From contig NC_069002.1 in assembly GCF_001194135.2 (NCBI RefSeq), forward strand, positions 4,277,881 to 4,329,419: 51,539 bases of DNA. Direction: 5' to 3'. The notes under the pieces are model-generated. The model did no database searches and was not told the DNA's origin. It saw nothing but the letters and a program-made list of their open reading frames with translations. A program made the position numbers and the translations under genes. The DNA is from Octopus bimaculoides. Lineage: Eukaryota. Position 1 is the first letter of the stretch; every line of letters starts with the position of its first letter. Shown piece after piece: positions 12,543 to 26,089 of the stretch.

Positions 12543-12689
12543 CGCTAAAGCCACTACAAACGCACGAACGATATCATAGATAACAGAACCGCCTGTAGTT
12601 GTTGTTGACAAACAACGGCAGTAATTTTATTCAAGGGAAAAGATCCCATTACACCGCCACAAGGCGTTGTTGACAAACCACAGCAGTAA

Positions 12690-12896
12690 TTGTTTTCACC
12701 TCAATTAGACGTCAGTGATTGGTTGAAATTACCGAAATACGACAACTTTTAACATGAAATAACTTCGAATATAAAAATGTTTCTCTGTTCTATAAGACAA
12801 AATATACAAGTATACGAAGTTTTAAAGTGTTTCAGTAGAAAACACACTAAATAAAAACTAAATAAGAAACGGTGTCCGCCAAATCAGAAAGATCCT
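12690..12896. mobile_element. Probable non-autonomous DNA element fragment ending in gaaagatcc
   Basis: The cacctcaattagacgtcagtgattggttgaaatt...tatacgaagtttt...gaaagatcc layout resembles an octopus interspersed repeat I recall; not verifiable here. Confidence 0.4.
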
Positions 12897-14454
12897 TAGT
12901 TTGTTGACAGACCCTCCATCCATGGCTTGTACACCCCTCAAAAACCATCCACCTAATATTCTCAGCGATCCCCAGATTACATGGCAAAGAAACCTGTCGA
13001 AGCCTTCTAGGTGTAGGAGGTTTACTCTGCTAAGCACTTCTCGTGTAGTTGTGTCATTAGGAAGGTGACATTGGTGGTACCTTTCCTAATTAAGATCGAA
13101 CCACTTCTCATAAAGGCTACGATGACTGCGTATTCGTTCTTAATTCGTTCCGGCAGTTCAAACGTGAATATTATAATCTCTGTTGAAGTTAGTCGACGGT
13201 GAACAACTTCTTCACTCAGAAATTTTGCAGCTAACACATATCAGGAAATAATTTATTAGCAGATTATAAACAAAAACGACAATATCTTGTTAGATTCATT
13301 AGTCCAGGCTATCTTTGGGTGAGGTAACAACGATCTCGAAACACCGGGTATCCCAAAGTCCTCTTGTGCAAATGAATCGTAAAACAATCGTCTGAACAGA
13401 GAAGGCGTTTCTCCATTGACGACATCCACTTCGAACTGGCGGAATGGTTATGTAAGTCATCGTTTTGATTCTTAATATACACATGATAATCCTAACTAAT
13501 CATCCTAATCAAATTGTACAATAACCCTTTGTTTTTTTTTGTAACTTTTATAAACGAACAATTTGCTGCCTCTGTAGTTTCCTCTCTCTGGTGAATCTCC
13601 TTTCGTCTTTATACTAAGTTCACAATGATGCTATCCCCAAGTTATTAGGCCGTGACACGTTCCTGCATTGTCTTTCTGGTTGACTCTGAATGACTAGCCT
13701 CCGTTTTACTCAAGATATTCTTATGCAGCTCAGCAACTATTCCTGATAGACCATCTTCCTCTGTCGTTAATTGCGCTTGCTATATAACGATTGCCAACCC
13801 GAATGGATGGTTCATCTGTCGAGCCTACTTAGGGACAAGCTTCTTTCTCCCAAGCATTCTTTTTTTTTTCTCTCTTTTTATTAAAAGTTCCCTAACGAGG
13901 TGAGAAACCACTTAGTGTAAGGGACGACGAGGAAGGAGAAATCAAGATGAAAGGAATGAATTTACTTGAAAAAGTTCAGGTCAAAAGGGGGGAGGAAAAC
14001 AATTAAATGGAAGAGCGTTCCAAAGCCTGGCAATTAATTCTTTTACGTTTTTTCCGGCATCAGTAAGTGAAAATGTGCCATTATAATTCTGTATATTCTT
14101 CCCGCAAACGCTATCTCGTACCTTCTTTCTTGCCTTGCATCATGAAATATTTCCGTTCTTCACGATACAGAACATTAGCAGACGACTTCTGGTTTCTCCT
14201 CATCTGACTCTTAGCCTCGTTTCGAAGCTACTCCATATTGGTCTTTGCTGCACGTTTTTCCCCCCAGCCATCATTCCAGGCTTGTCCCCTACATTTTATA
14301 GAACTAAATCTTGGATTCGTTTCACTGGATTAGGAATAATTTCGATATGGTAAATCCAAAATAAATATAATGAATACGGAGACTGGAACATTTGCATATT
14401 TTTATTTTTTATTTTTACAGTAAATTATACAGTATAATTGGGTTAGATAGAATA

Positions 14455-14668
14455 TGGTGGCGAGCTGGCAGAATCGTTAGCGCGCCGGGGCAAAATGTTT
14501 AGCGCTATTTCGTTCGTCTGCACGTTCTGAGTTCAAATTCCGCCGAGGTCAACTTTGCCTTTCATTCTTTCGGGGTCGATAAATTAAATACCAGTGAAAC
14601 ACAGGGGTCGATGTAATCGACTAGTCCCCTCTCCACAAATTTCAGGCCTTGTGCTTTAGTAGAAAGAA
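14455..14668 (+). mobile_element. Full-length tRNA-derived SINE (second family), CpG-intact
   Basis: GGTGGCGAGCTGGCAGAATCGTTAG (A box) ... GAGTTCAAATTCC (B box) ... ggccttgtgc..tagtagaaag tail; more than 10 related copies in the window. Confidence 0.85.
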
Positions 14669-15134
14669 TAATTGGTTTAGATATGACCAACGCGTGTTTC
14701 TGCTGCAATTCACCTCTCGTTATGTTCCAGAAGTAAACTGAGTTTATTTGTGCATGGCTAACATTTTGCTCGGTTGCTATGGTTTTAGATAGAAAGTGAA
14801 GGGGATATTTAGAAACCTGACATCCCTATAAAAATTAGTTTGTGTCTGTTTTCATCTCGACGTTAGGTTTTAGGACGAAACAGTCCTAGACACTGAAATA
14901 GGTCAACGTGTATTTCTCAGTGTTTTGTACAACAATTACGTATTAAATTAGATTAAATAAAAATAAAATAAATCCCATCTGATTAAATTATATGTGGTAT
15001 TAGGAACTTATTTATGATGGCAATTCGAAATTTCTGTGTAATCGAATTTTTTAATTATATGCAGTTTGTTATATATCCCGAAATACAACAAAATAGCAAG
15101 AATTAGAAAAAAACCATTTACAATGCTAAGTACG

Positions 15135-15320
15135 TACTCTTCTACTTGTTTCAGTCATTTGACTGCGGCCATGCTGGAGCACCGCCTTTAGTCGAGCAAA
15201 TCGACCTCAGGACTTATTCTTTGTAAGCCTGGTACTTATTCTATTGGTCTATTTTGCCGAACCGCTAAGTTACGGGGACGTAAACACACAACTATCGGTT
15301 GTCAAGCGATGTTGGGAGGA

Positions 15321-15360
<40 letters not shown>

Positions 15361-15662
15361 NNNNNNNNNNNNNNNNNNNNNNNNNNNNNNNNNNNNNNNN
15401 NNNNNNNNNNNNNNNNNNNNNNNNNNNNNNNNNNNNNNNNNNNNNNNNNNNNNNNNNNNNNNNNNNNNNNNNNNNNATATATATATATATATATATATAC
15501 GATAGGCTTCTTTCAGTTTCCGTCTACCAAATCCACTCACAAGGCTTTGGTCGGCCCGAGGCTATAGTAGAAGACTCTTGCCCAAAGTGCCACGCAGTGG
15601 GACTGAACCCGGAACCATGTGGTTGGTAAGCAAGCTACTTACCACACAGCCACTCCTACGCC
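15135..15662 (-). mobile_element. Full-length composite SINE with internal (TA)n/(TG)n tract (partly a gap)
   Basis: Head matches 5168; tail ...gcggtgctccagcatggccgcagtcaaatgactgaaacaagt; same architecture as 39361-39705. Confidence 0.85.
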
Positions 15663-17274
15663 TACGTACAAAAGAATTTACTGTAAATAAATATTTAGCC
15701 AACATCTTAAGTGTTTTTAGAAATTAAAAAGTAAGCAAAAAAGTAACCTAAAGTAACCAGCCTTTGGCTTCTGGATCACAGGCCAAAGTAGCATCGAGAA
15801 ATTTTCGAATTACCCCATATTTATTAATTTATAAATTACACTGTACTTGAGGACTGTCTCTTTTCCCTACCGTTGTTTTGCATATAATTTTAAGGTATCG
15901 TCAACAATTTAGCAGAACAATTTGAATTTTAGAGTAATGTACCTTACATTCTTTCGTTATGAGAGTTATGTCCCTTGCACATAGCTGCAGATTGTTGATT
16001 GGAACCACCAGATGTCCTTTCGTCATGATCACAGATTTTGTTTGTTTATCTTTACGGAACAGTATATGAAATTTAGAAATATTCTAAAACATGGCTGTGT
16101 ACTCTTTTGCCACAGCTTTCTCTCACTCTTACTTCCTGTTTCTGTTGTGCCTGTAATTCAAAGGGCCAGCCTTGTCACACTGTGCCACGCTGAATATCCC
16201 CGAGAACTACGTTAAGGGTACACGTGTCTGTGGAGTGCTCAGCCACTTACACGTTAATTTCACGAGCAGGCTGTTCTGTTGATTGCATCTATTGGAACCC
16301 TCGTTGTCGTAACCGACAGAGTGCCAGGACAACGATATATATATATATATATANNNNNNNNNNNNNNNNNNNNNNNNNNNNNNNNNNNNNNNNNNNNNNN
16401 NNNNNNNNNNNNNNNNNNNNNNNNNNNNNNNNNNNNNNNNNNNNNNNNNNNNNNNNNNNNNNNNNNNNNNNNNNNNNNNNNNNNNNNNNNNNNNNNNNNN
16501 NNNNNNNNNNNNNNNNNNNNNNNNNNNNNNNNNNNNNNNNNNNNNNNNNNNNNNNNNNNNNNNNNNNNNNNNNNNNNNNNNNNNNNNNNNNNNNNNNNNN
16601 NNNNNNNNNNNNNNNNNNNNNNNNNNNNNNNNNNNNNNNNNNNNNNNNNNNNNNNNNNNNNNNNNNNNNNNNNNNNNNNNNNNNNNNNNNNNNNNNNNNN
16701 NNNNNNNNNNNNNNNNNNNNNNNNNNNNNNNNNNNNNNNNNNNNNNNNNNNNNNNNNNNNNNNNNNNNNNNNNNTATAAAAGCAAAAATACTAAACAAAA
16801 AAATTATACAATTTAAGTTGAATTGTTTTTCTATAAAAGGACATTTAGAATGTCTGTTTTTTTTTGTTTTATTTTCCTCATTTATTGTTTTATTTCATAA
16901 TTCGTTAATCCCTTAAAAATAATATTAAAAAACGGTTAAATAAAAGCAAAAAAAAAAAAGATGGAAAAAGGCTCACGGCAAATATCTGAGCCCTTCCTCA
17001 AGACATTGCTATCATGACTGTCAAATGTGCTGTGTGTGTGTGTGTGTGTGTGTGTGTGAGAATGTAAGTGTGTCTGAATACATGATCACACAAATGTGTG
17101 TGTGTGTGTATATCTGTATGATATATGTATGTATCTTTATACGTTATATCCTCATCATCATTACCATTCTGCATTTGTTTTCCATGCTGGTCGAGGCTGG
17201 ATGGGTTACCACGATCTGCTTCAGCTTTTACTCAGAATTACTGCTCTTCTAGATGGGTCAGAGAACCACGTCTT

Positions 17275-17323
<49 letters not shown>

Positions 17324-17850
17324 ATTCATTCATTCAAAACAATGTGAATAAATAAACATTGTGTTTGACAGAGGAATCTGAATGCAAAAGAGTTAAAGGT
17401 TCTCTAAACTCTATTCTTGGTCCCTTTCTGTTTATTAAATCCTTACAACCCCAGGATTGGATATCTGTGGGAAGTTTCATATGACGACAATGATGATGAT
17501 TATCATTCTTGTGTTGTGGGTCGGGGATAGAAAAAGAGAAACACAACACTGTGTTAGTTATGCTAATACTAAATACTTTTATAGAGAGGCATTTCCCCCT
17601 CCATATTTTGAAGAGGTCTCTTAGGCCAGCAGTTTTTGGGGTCTGAAGATATGCTGTAAGGCTAAACCCTTTATGAGCGAGAAACCCAGGGTAATCCCAT
17701 AAATCGGCCCCCGTAATAATAATATATATATATGTAAACAATAAATTAAATAGAGAGATTCAATTGACAATCCAATAGTTTATTTCTTTTATAAGATATT
17801 ATATTCATAGTATATTATAAGATAACATATAAAAAAAAAACCCATTAAAA

Positions 17851-17896
<46 letters not shown>

Positions 17897-18269
17897 AGAA
17901 TTATCATTGTCACTAAATGTGACTTGGGTGCTAAAAACTACATTGCTAGGAATAAGAGCTAAAATGCTGTAGTCGATGCACATAAATGTAAACATATATG
18001 CAAACAGGGTCCTTAACTGTCCAAAAAGTGCTGATCGAGAATTCCTTACACCATTGTCAGTTTCAACAATTGCCATATGCTTCTTCAATAAGGAATATAT
18101 TTATGCAGAGAGGTTTCTGGCTAAACTGTCAAAGAAGTTGGACTTTAGACATGATATGGTGCACCAGAGCAGTTAGCTGTTGGAGCACTCATAGAATGAA
18201 GTTCTTAGAATATGGAAACTTGTTAGATAGACATATGAGATATCTTCTGTCTCCTAGGTGACAAAATTA

Positions 18270-18850
18270 GGGCTGAGGTAGCTGAGATGAAATCTGGTAG
18301 TTACGCTAAGTGAAAGGGCTGAAGAGGTGCTATTGTCTCTTTGATGGTTGGTTGGTTTTCATTTCGAAAGAGGGGTTTGTATGAAACCTTCATCAAACAT
18401 GTGATGTTCCTGTTGTGAATGAGATCAGATCATCGCATCTGAAATGTGGAATTTATCCATGAAGACTGAAGACAAATAAGTGAGGTAGAGAGTGTTGGAT
18501 GCGTGCGAAATAAATATGCATGAAAGGCTGGTAGGATCGGGGCCTAAGAAAGTGGCTGAGTATTAGAAGCAGTATGGTCAAGTATATTACTGGTATGAAT
18601 GAGAGTGATGAAGGTGGGGGTGTTGAAGTGCCATTTACTGATGGAGAGTGAGCAAAATGAAGGAGATTCAAGGAAGAAGTGAGAGGAAATGATGAAACTA
18701 GATCCCAAGATGGTGGTGTTGGGGGAGGGTGCATCCAGCCATAGAAACCATGCGAAAGCAGAGTGAGGCACAGTCTTTTGACTTGCCAGCCTCCTGTCCA
18801 ACTGTCTTACCCATGCCAGCATGGAAAGCATATGTTCAATGGTGATGATG
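18270..18850 (+). mobile_element. Highly degenerate LINE 3' end (post-RT region plus UTR ending in (GAT)n)
   Basis: Vestigial ETW / CWMC-like coding traces followed by catccagccatagaaacc...cccatgccagcatggaaag...gatgatg. This tail is shared with many fragments in the window. Confidence 0.45.
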
Positions 18851-18908
18851 TATACACACACACACACACACACATACATATATATGCACACATATCTAAT
18901 ATACACAA

Positions 18909-18945
<37 letters not shown>

Positions 18946-19559
18946 GTGTGTGTGTATATATATATATATATACAAACAAACATATATTATGTGTATATAT
19001 ATATGGGTGTGTATATATATATATTGTATGTGTATATACATATATTGTGTGTATACACACATACATATGCATGACCTTCTGGAAAAAATGTCTCATTCAT
19101 TTTGTCTTTCAGAAAGCAATATTTGTGCCAGTGAATATGGTTGTGTGTGTGAGAGAGAAAGTTTATATATGTGTGTATNNNNNNNNNNNNNNNNNNNNNN
19201 NNNNNNNNNNNNNNNNNNNNNNNNNNNNNNNNNNNNNNNNNNNNNNNNNNNNNNNNNNNNNNNNNNNNNNNNNNNNNNNNNNNNNNNNNNNNNNNNNNNN
19301 NNNNNNNNNNNNNNNNNNNNNNNNNNNNNNNNNNNNNNNNNNNNNNNNNNNNNNNNNNNNNNNNNNNNNNNNNNNNNNNNNNNNNNNNNNNNNNNNNNNN
19401 NNNNNNNNNNNNNNNNNNNNNNNNNNNNNNNNNNNNNNNNNAGTTTTGAAAGTAATGAAGCGCAGAAACAAGGGTCAGACGAAAGTTGTGTGTGTGTATT
19501 TTTGTTGATGGATATCTGTGTGGTGTTGTGTGCGTGTATGTGTGAGTTTATCTACAGAT

Positions 19560-19800
19560 ATGTGTATGCGTAGGCATACATATGTATGTGTATGAAAATA
19601 TAGATTTGTCTATGGATATGTATGTGTATATATACATATGTGTGTATATGTATGAATTTGTCTATGGATATGTGTGTGTATGTATACATATATACACATA
19701 CATATGTAGGGATCTGTCTATGGATGTGTGTATGTAGATATATTTGTATATGTGTGTACATACATATATGTATGGATATACAATATTTATCAATGGCTGT
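19560..19800. repeat. Short degenerate minisatellite (ttgtctatggatatg core) in TA/TG low-complexity DNA
   Basis: The core recurs 3-4 times at roughly 50-bp spacing. Confidence 0.6.
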
Positions 19801-20099
19801 GTGTGTGAATGTATGCATGTATGTATATAATGTACACACGCGTTTGTATTATTAAATCATTGAACCATCACAGCCAAGGGCATGCATGGGGTATGTATGC
19901 GCGTACTATTAAGTTGCATTTTATAAACCTTGTGATTTTGGTGATATCATCAACCCACTAATTAACTAATTAGCTGCCATTAGTTGAAGAATATTTCAGT
20001 TCATCATTTTATAAATAATTTTTTTGACATTTTCAACTTTCATATCAAAGTGAAAAAAAATTCAGGAAACCAAGACAAATAGTAAAAAAGAAACATGAA

Positions 20100-20890
20100 C
20101 AACACAGTTTTAACTAATCTGTTCACTACCTGAATTAACAACAGCCACACTGAATTTCACTGTTCACTGTCTAAATTGCAATTAACACAATCTAAACTAC
20201 TCACTACCAAAATAACCATTAACATTTTTAAGCTGTTCACTACCTAAATTTCCATCAACACTAGTTTACACTGTCCACTACCAACATTACCATTAACAAT
20301 GTTTACTGTTCACTACCCAAATTATCATCAAGCGCCATTTAACTAAACATCATTAGCACCATTTGATTAAACACTATTTAACTAAACTATTCACTATCCT
20401 AATTACAATTAACAACATTGAAACTGTTCACTACCTAAATTGCTGTTAACACTATGTAGCTAAACTGTACACTATCCTAATCATCATTAACATCATTTAG
20501 ACTGTTCACAATCCCAGATATCATTAACACTGTTTAACTAAGTTGTTCACTATAACAGTTACCATTAACATCATCTAACTAAACTTTTCATTCTATTAAT
20601 TGGCATAAAGTGTTTCACCTGTTCACTAACCAAATCCTGTTAACACTGTTCACTATCATCATAATCATTAACCTGTTCACTCTATTAATTGCCATCCACA
20701 GTTTCAACTGTTCACTATATTCTAATTACCATTAACACTCTTTAACATGTTCACTATCTAAATTCTGTTAACACTATGTAGCTAAACTGTACACTATCCT
20801 AATCGTCATTACCCAAATTACCATTAACACCATTTAACTAAAATGTTTACTGTTAACACTATTTAACAAAACTGTTCACAACCTAAAATA
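20100..20890. repeat. G-poor degenerate minisatellite (actgttcactac / aattaccattaacac cores)
   Basis: About 20 recurrences of (t)gttcacta; the block ctgttaacactatgtagctaaactgtacactatcctaatc occurs twice (about 20443 and 20765). Confidence 0.8.
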
Positions 20891-21124
20891 ACATTAAACA
20901 ACTTAGAATTCAAACTTGGCTTAACTGAGCCAGTGATGGAACCGGTACATTGCTGTAGCTTAGTCCCAGATGAACGATGCCACCAGCTGTGGATTGTTTG
21001 CACAACAGATAACCAAGATTTAGCAATGAACATATTAAACCAAGTTGTTGCATTTTAACCCTGGGTCAGCTTTAATTGAGCAGATCTATGATCAATGGTG
21101 TTGCAGTCATGATCATCCTGGTTA

Positions 21125-21497
21125 GCGAAGTTGCTTTTTTCTGATATGCTCAATTCAGGGAGAAGACCATGGGAGCGCTCTCTTTGAAGATACACGGACC
21201 AACTCAAAGCAACACTGAAAGCCACTGGAATTGAACCGAAATCATTTGAAACACAAGCCCAAAACTGTACCAAATGGCGGTGTTCCATCACCGTCGGAAC
21301 CAAAAACTTTGAAGCCACCAGAAGAGAAAAGGAAGAACTCAAGCGACAGGAGCGAAAGGCTGGACAAAACCAACCTCGTCCCCCGCCAACATTGCCATTC
21401 AGTCAATGCCATTTGGCTCTTCTCTGCAAGAATCGGTCTTCTACAGAGTCATCAATGGCATCACCATAAAGGAAGCATTCAGCAAGGAAGGAAATGA
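21125..21497 (+). mobile_element. RTE-clade LINE ORF C-terminal remnant (pseudogenised)
   Basis: Translates as KLLFSDMLNSGRRPWERSL*RYTDQLKATLKATGIEPKSFETQAQNCTKWRCSITVGTKNFE...QCHL/FSARIGLLQSHQWHH, the typical RTE/BovB C-terminus with a zinc-finger-like end; one stop and one frameshift. Confidence 0.85.
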
Positions 21498-23050
21498 ATT
21501 CTTGGATGCGAGATAAAGCTGCCACCACTGACAAGTGTATCTAAGACTACATTATCCAATGTGCTTTTTCCTTCAACGAGACTCCATGTGATTCAAGTGA
21601 GATTTCACTGGTATTTTATCAGTTCAAGAAACTACATAAAGATTCCCTAATTGATCTACAATAAATAGCAGCCAAATCTTCCTCAAATTACAAACAAATA
21701 TCTTAAAAGAGAAAGAGCACATTGGGATACGCCGGGAGAAAACAAAAGGAAAACTTCAACAGTTGGAGCCAGGCTGACCTAGAACTAAAAAGCAACAACA
21801 ACTTAGCTTAATTTACTTATCGTGGTTTGCTGTGTCTATCATTCGTTTTATTTCGTTCAAACTAGCCACACCTGGTGGATCTGTCGACACGTTACCATTT
21901 AATTGTTGGAAAACATCCAATAAATTGCACAGAAAACACCATTTTCTTTCATATATTTCATTATTTGATAAGTTATATCATTATAAAATATGAATATGTC
22001 TTTGGTATTACGAAGGTTGAAGGATTAAACCTTCAGCAATACTCTCTATTCTACACTATATACATGATCTATACTGTTGTTTTTTTCTTCTTTTTTTACA
22101 TAAACGATGACGTGTTAAGCCTTAAACAAGACACTCCACTCTGTTCTAGGTCAATACATCAAGAGAGTCTAATACTAGAGTTAAACCTAAGACAAGACAC
22201 ATTTTTCTACTATACATATATGTATGGGTGTGTGCGTGTGTATATATACATATATCTATATATATATATACATACAAACACAATGTGTTTATATATACAT
22301 ACATGTGTGTTTATATATACATATATATGTGTGTTTATATATACATATATGTGTTTATATATACATATGTGTGTGTATATATATAATATGTATGTATATA
22401 TATGTGTGTGTGTATAAATATATATACACACACACAAATCATTAGTACATCTAACACTATTATTATTATCATTATAAAAGTAGATGAATCAAAGCTTAGA
22501 CAAGACACACTCCTCTACATAAATACATCACCATTGCATCCAGCAAAACTTCTACTGTGAATGTTAAAGAACCATCTTTCAGGCAAGATGCAAACCTTTT
22601 TAGTATTTAAATTCATTCATAGGCCTAACACCATTTCTAATATGAATGCTACTCTACTCCACAATGGTACAAAAAAAAAAAAAGAAATCACTCATTCCTC
22701 CCTTTAACGGATTTCGGAAGCAGCGGACAAAATCACAGCATATCAACAACACCTCTTCACCATCCATAGTAAGTGTGATTTTAAATTAAAGATGTTGAGT
22801 TTACTGTATTTATAGAATATATTTACAGTGTACAGGTATTTCACACTGTCTGATTGGAGAGTGTGCTGGATCAGAAAGTACAGTACGGTATTTATTTCTC
22901 TGTCTTTCGTAATGTAATTGTTGATATTAGCCACTCCCAATGTAGTGTTGGTACCAATGGACAGTCGGCTTCATTGGACCGATGTTCCCTGCTTTTAGTC
23001 TGTTGTACTGAGGTATGAGTGTACCTAGGAATATTAGTTTAAGATTTAGA

Positions 23051-23248
23051 CTCAAGGCCTGAAATTTAGCGGGAGGGGATAAGTCGATTGCATTGACCCC
23101 AGGGCTCAACTGGTACTTGTTTTATCAACCCCGAAAGAATGAAAGGCAAAGTCGACCTCGGTGGAATTTGAACTCAGAACGTAGTGGGAGATGAAATACC
23201 ACTAAGCATTTCGCCCAGCGTGCTAACGATTCTGCCAGCTCACCACCT
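23051..23248 (-). mobile_element. SINE (14455 family), CpG-intact
   Basis: Reverse complement of the 14455-14668 layout. Confidence 0.85.
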
Positions 23249-24539
23249 TAATAATACTAAAATTTATGCTGAAGGTTTAAATTCTATCTCACACTACTGT
23301 ATTAGTATAAAAGGGGTAACTAATACAAAATGATTAGTTACTAAAATTTAGGACTAATTAGAAAAATTTTGTTTAAAAAAGAGAATTTTCAAAGCTAAGA
23401 CTATTTTCTTTGTGGAATTTGTTTCTATGTAAGAATTATAAAGATTTCACATTTATTCATATCGATTAGACATTGGTGCATTATGCAAATACTATATTTC
23501 AAAACATCCCTCAAACATTCAATAAATGTATTGATATGATATATCTCCATACAGTTGTAATTATTAATAATAATTATTTCTTCTGACTTTGTCTCAAGGC
23601 CACAAATTTAGGGGTAGAAAAGGTGAGAGTATAGGTGACTATATCGCCACCCCTTGTACTTGACTTGGGGTACTCAACATGTTAACTGCCACAGCCTGTT
23701 ACTGAAACTTACCAGTGATGTCATTGATTTCACGTACTGTTTAATTACAAGGAAATGTAATTGTTTTTGCATTTTTACAATATTTCACAATTAAACTTGA
23801 ATATGTAGTACTCGTGTTTATTTAAATATCCTTGAAACCATGTCAAAGATATAGAATAAAATACTTTGTCAAATTATCAAAATGTACCCCCAGTGGTGCA
23901 TTTGGCGATGGAGGTTGTGTGAACTTTGCAATGAACCACCAATGGTATATGTGGCAATTAGCATGTTGATTTTATCAACCCTGGAAAGGGGATATGTAAA
24001 GGTGACCTCAACAGGATATCAGCTTATATGCGAAGAGAACAGACATAACAAAATAGCACAAGGCATTTTATCTGTCTGTCTCTTTCTCTTTCAATTCCAT
24101 CAAACCTCTGACCTTGTATCTCAGTATTGGCTACAAGACCACAAATTTACAAGGGAAAGGAATAACCAATTTAAAGGTTACCAGTTCTTGGCTGGTACTT
24201 AAATTTTTTTTCATTTAACCCCAATAGAATGAAAGATAAAGTTGACCTTGGTGAGAATTGAGCAGAGAACACTGAATTCTGTAAGGCTTTTACTGAAACT
24301 ACATACTAAAAAAGATTTCATAAAGCTACATGTATATATATATATATAAGGCATTTACTAAAACTACATAGAAGTAAGGCTTTTAGCTTGGTATTCTACA
24401 GTTTCTGCTAATTGCAAAGGATGTTAAATTTTCAAATATTTGTTTTTAAAATTCACATTTATTTAAATCACCATCAATTGACCAACAAAAATGTAAATTT
24501 ACAGACCTATACTACCGAATCTGGCCTTTTTATTCTGCT

Positions 24540-25200
24540 TGCAAATACCTCTCTAAGTTTATGATCAGTCAAACACTTGTTCTCAGCACATTGGCATAAT
24601 TCAAAACATTACCCGCTTCATTCTGTGTCCCCATATTTCTAGGTTTAAAATTTTTCCACAGGGTTATGTTGCCATCTCATTCAAAAACTCCTTCGCTTTC
24701 TCCCACATGTGCTTCTTAACATCTGATCTCACATGAATAATTTCTTGGCTCACCTACATTCAGGTTTTAAAACAATCAATACATTCCACTCAGAGACTTT
24801 CTAACTTCACTGACTTCCACTCATTGTGCTTAAATTTCTGATCTAACCTCTTTGGCCAAACTGCATTCATATTCTGTAATATTCTTAGTCAAACACTTCT
24901 TTGGTTCCACTCATGCCTGTTTAAAGCATCTTGGCACCTACGATTCACAGATGGAAGCCAGCAGTAGTCTCTCTCTCATTCCTCATGTTCTGTTTTAATC
25001 ATTTCGTCTCTCAAATATCTCCACAACACCTTTCATTCCGCACTCAATGCAGTATTTTATCAAACATGTCGATAGCTACAAATTTACTCATCTGCTTCCA
25101 CCATTAATGATTCCCTCTTCCGTCAAGTTTTAGAAAGCTCAGATCCCTGGTGCCAATCCAATACCATCAAAGTAGATCTTGGCCAGATTCCAACTTAGAC
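24540..25200 (-). mobile_element. Possible ancient LINE fragment (APE endonuclease region)
   Basis: Minus-strand GTQNEAGNVL plus frameshifted CAENKCLT resembles the G-x-x-N-x-N-G-x-x-L...C-x-x-N-x-L end of LINE endonucleases; many stops. Confidence 0.3.
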
Positions 25201-25254
25201 TGAAAAAGCCAGAACAAATACAACAAGGCATTTTTGTTCAAAATTTTGATAATA

Positions 25255-25668
25255 ATAATAATGATAATAATACCTCTTTCTACTGGAAGCACAAGGCCTC
25301 AAATTTGGGGGAGGGGATTAAGTCGATTACATTGTGTAACTGGTACTTATTTAATCAACCCTGAAAGGATGAAAGGCAAAGTCAACCTTGACAAACTCAG
25401 AACATAGTGGCAGACAAAATACTGCTAAGCATTTTGCCCAGTGTGCTAATGATTCTGCCAGCACGCCACCTAATAATAATAATAATAATTTCAAACTTTG
25501 GCACAAGGGCAGCCATTTTGGAGGAGGGGGTGTGTCAGTTACACTGGTACTTATTTTATCCACCCGGAAAGGATGAAAGGCAAAGTCGACCTCAGAACAT
25601 AGTGATGGGTAAAATACTGTTAAGCATTTTGTCCAGCATGCTAGCGGTTCTGCCAGCTTGTTACCTTC

Positions 25669-25700
<32 letters not shown>

Positions 25701-25917
25701 TCCTTTCTACTTAAAGGCACAAGGCCTGAAATTTGTGGGGAGGTGGTAAGTCGGTTACATCGACCCCCAGTACTCAACTGGTAATTAATTTATTGACCCC
25801 AAAAGGATGAAAAGCAAAGTCGACCTTGGTAGAATTTGAACTCATAACGTAGTGGCAGACAAAATACCATTAAACCTTTTGTTCTGAGCACTAATGATTT
25901 TTGCCAGCTCACCACCT

Positions 25918-25959
<42 letters not shown>

Positions 25960-26085
25960 GCTTTTCTGATTTGGGCACAAGGCTAACAATTTTGAGAGGG
26001 GCTGGGGAGTCAATATAGTTTACCCCAGTAATTGATCGGTACCTAATTTTATCAATCCCAGAAAGGATGGAAAGTAAAGTTGATC
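25255..26085 (-). mobile_element. Stack of four head-to-tail SINEs separated by (TAA)n tracts
   Basis: Four successive blocks gcacaagg...ggtactt...aaaggatgaaaggcaaagtc...ctgccagc, each preceded by (AAT)n. Confidence 0.85.
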
Positions 26086-26089
26086 CCAG

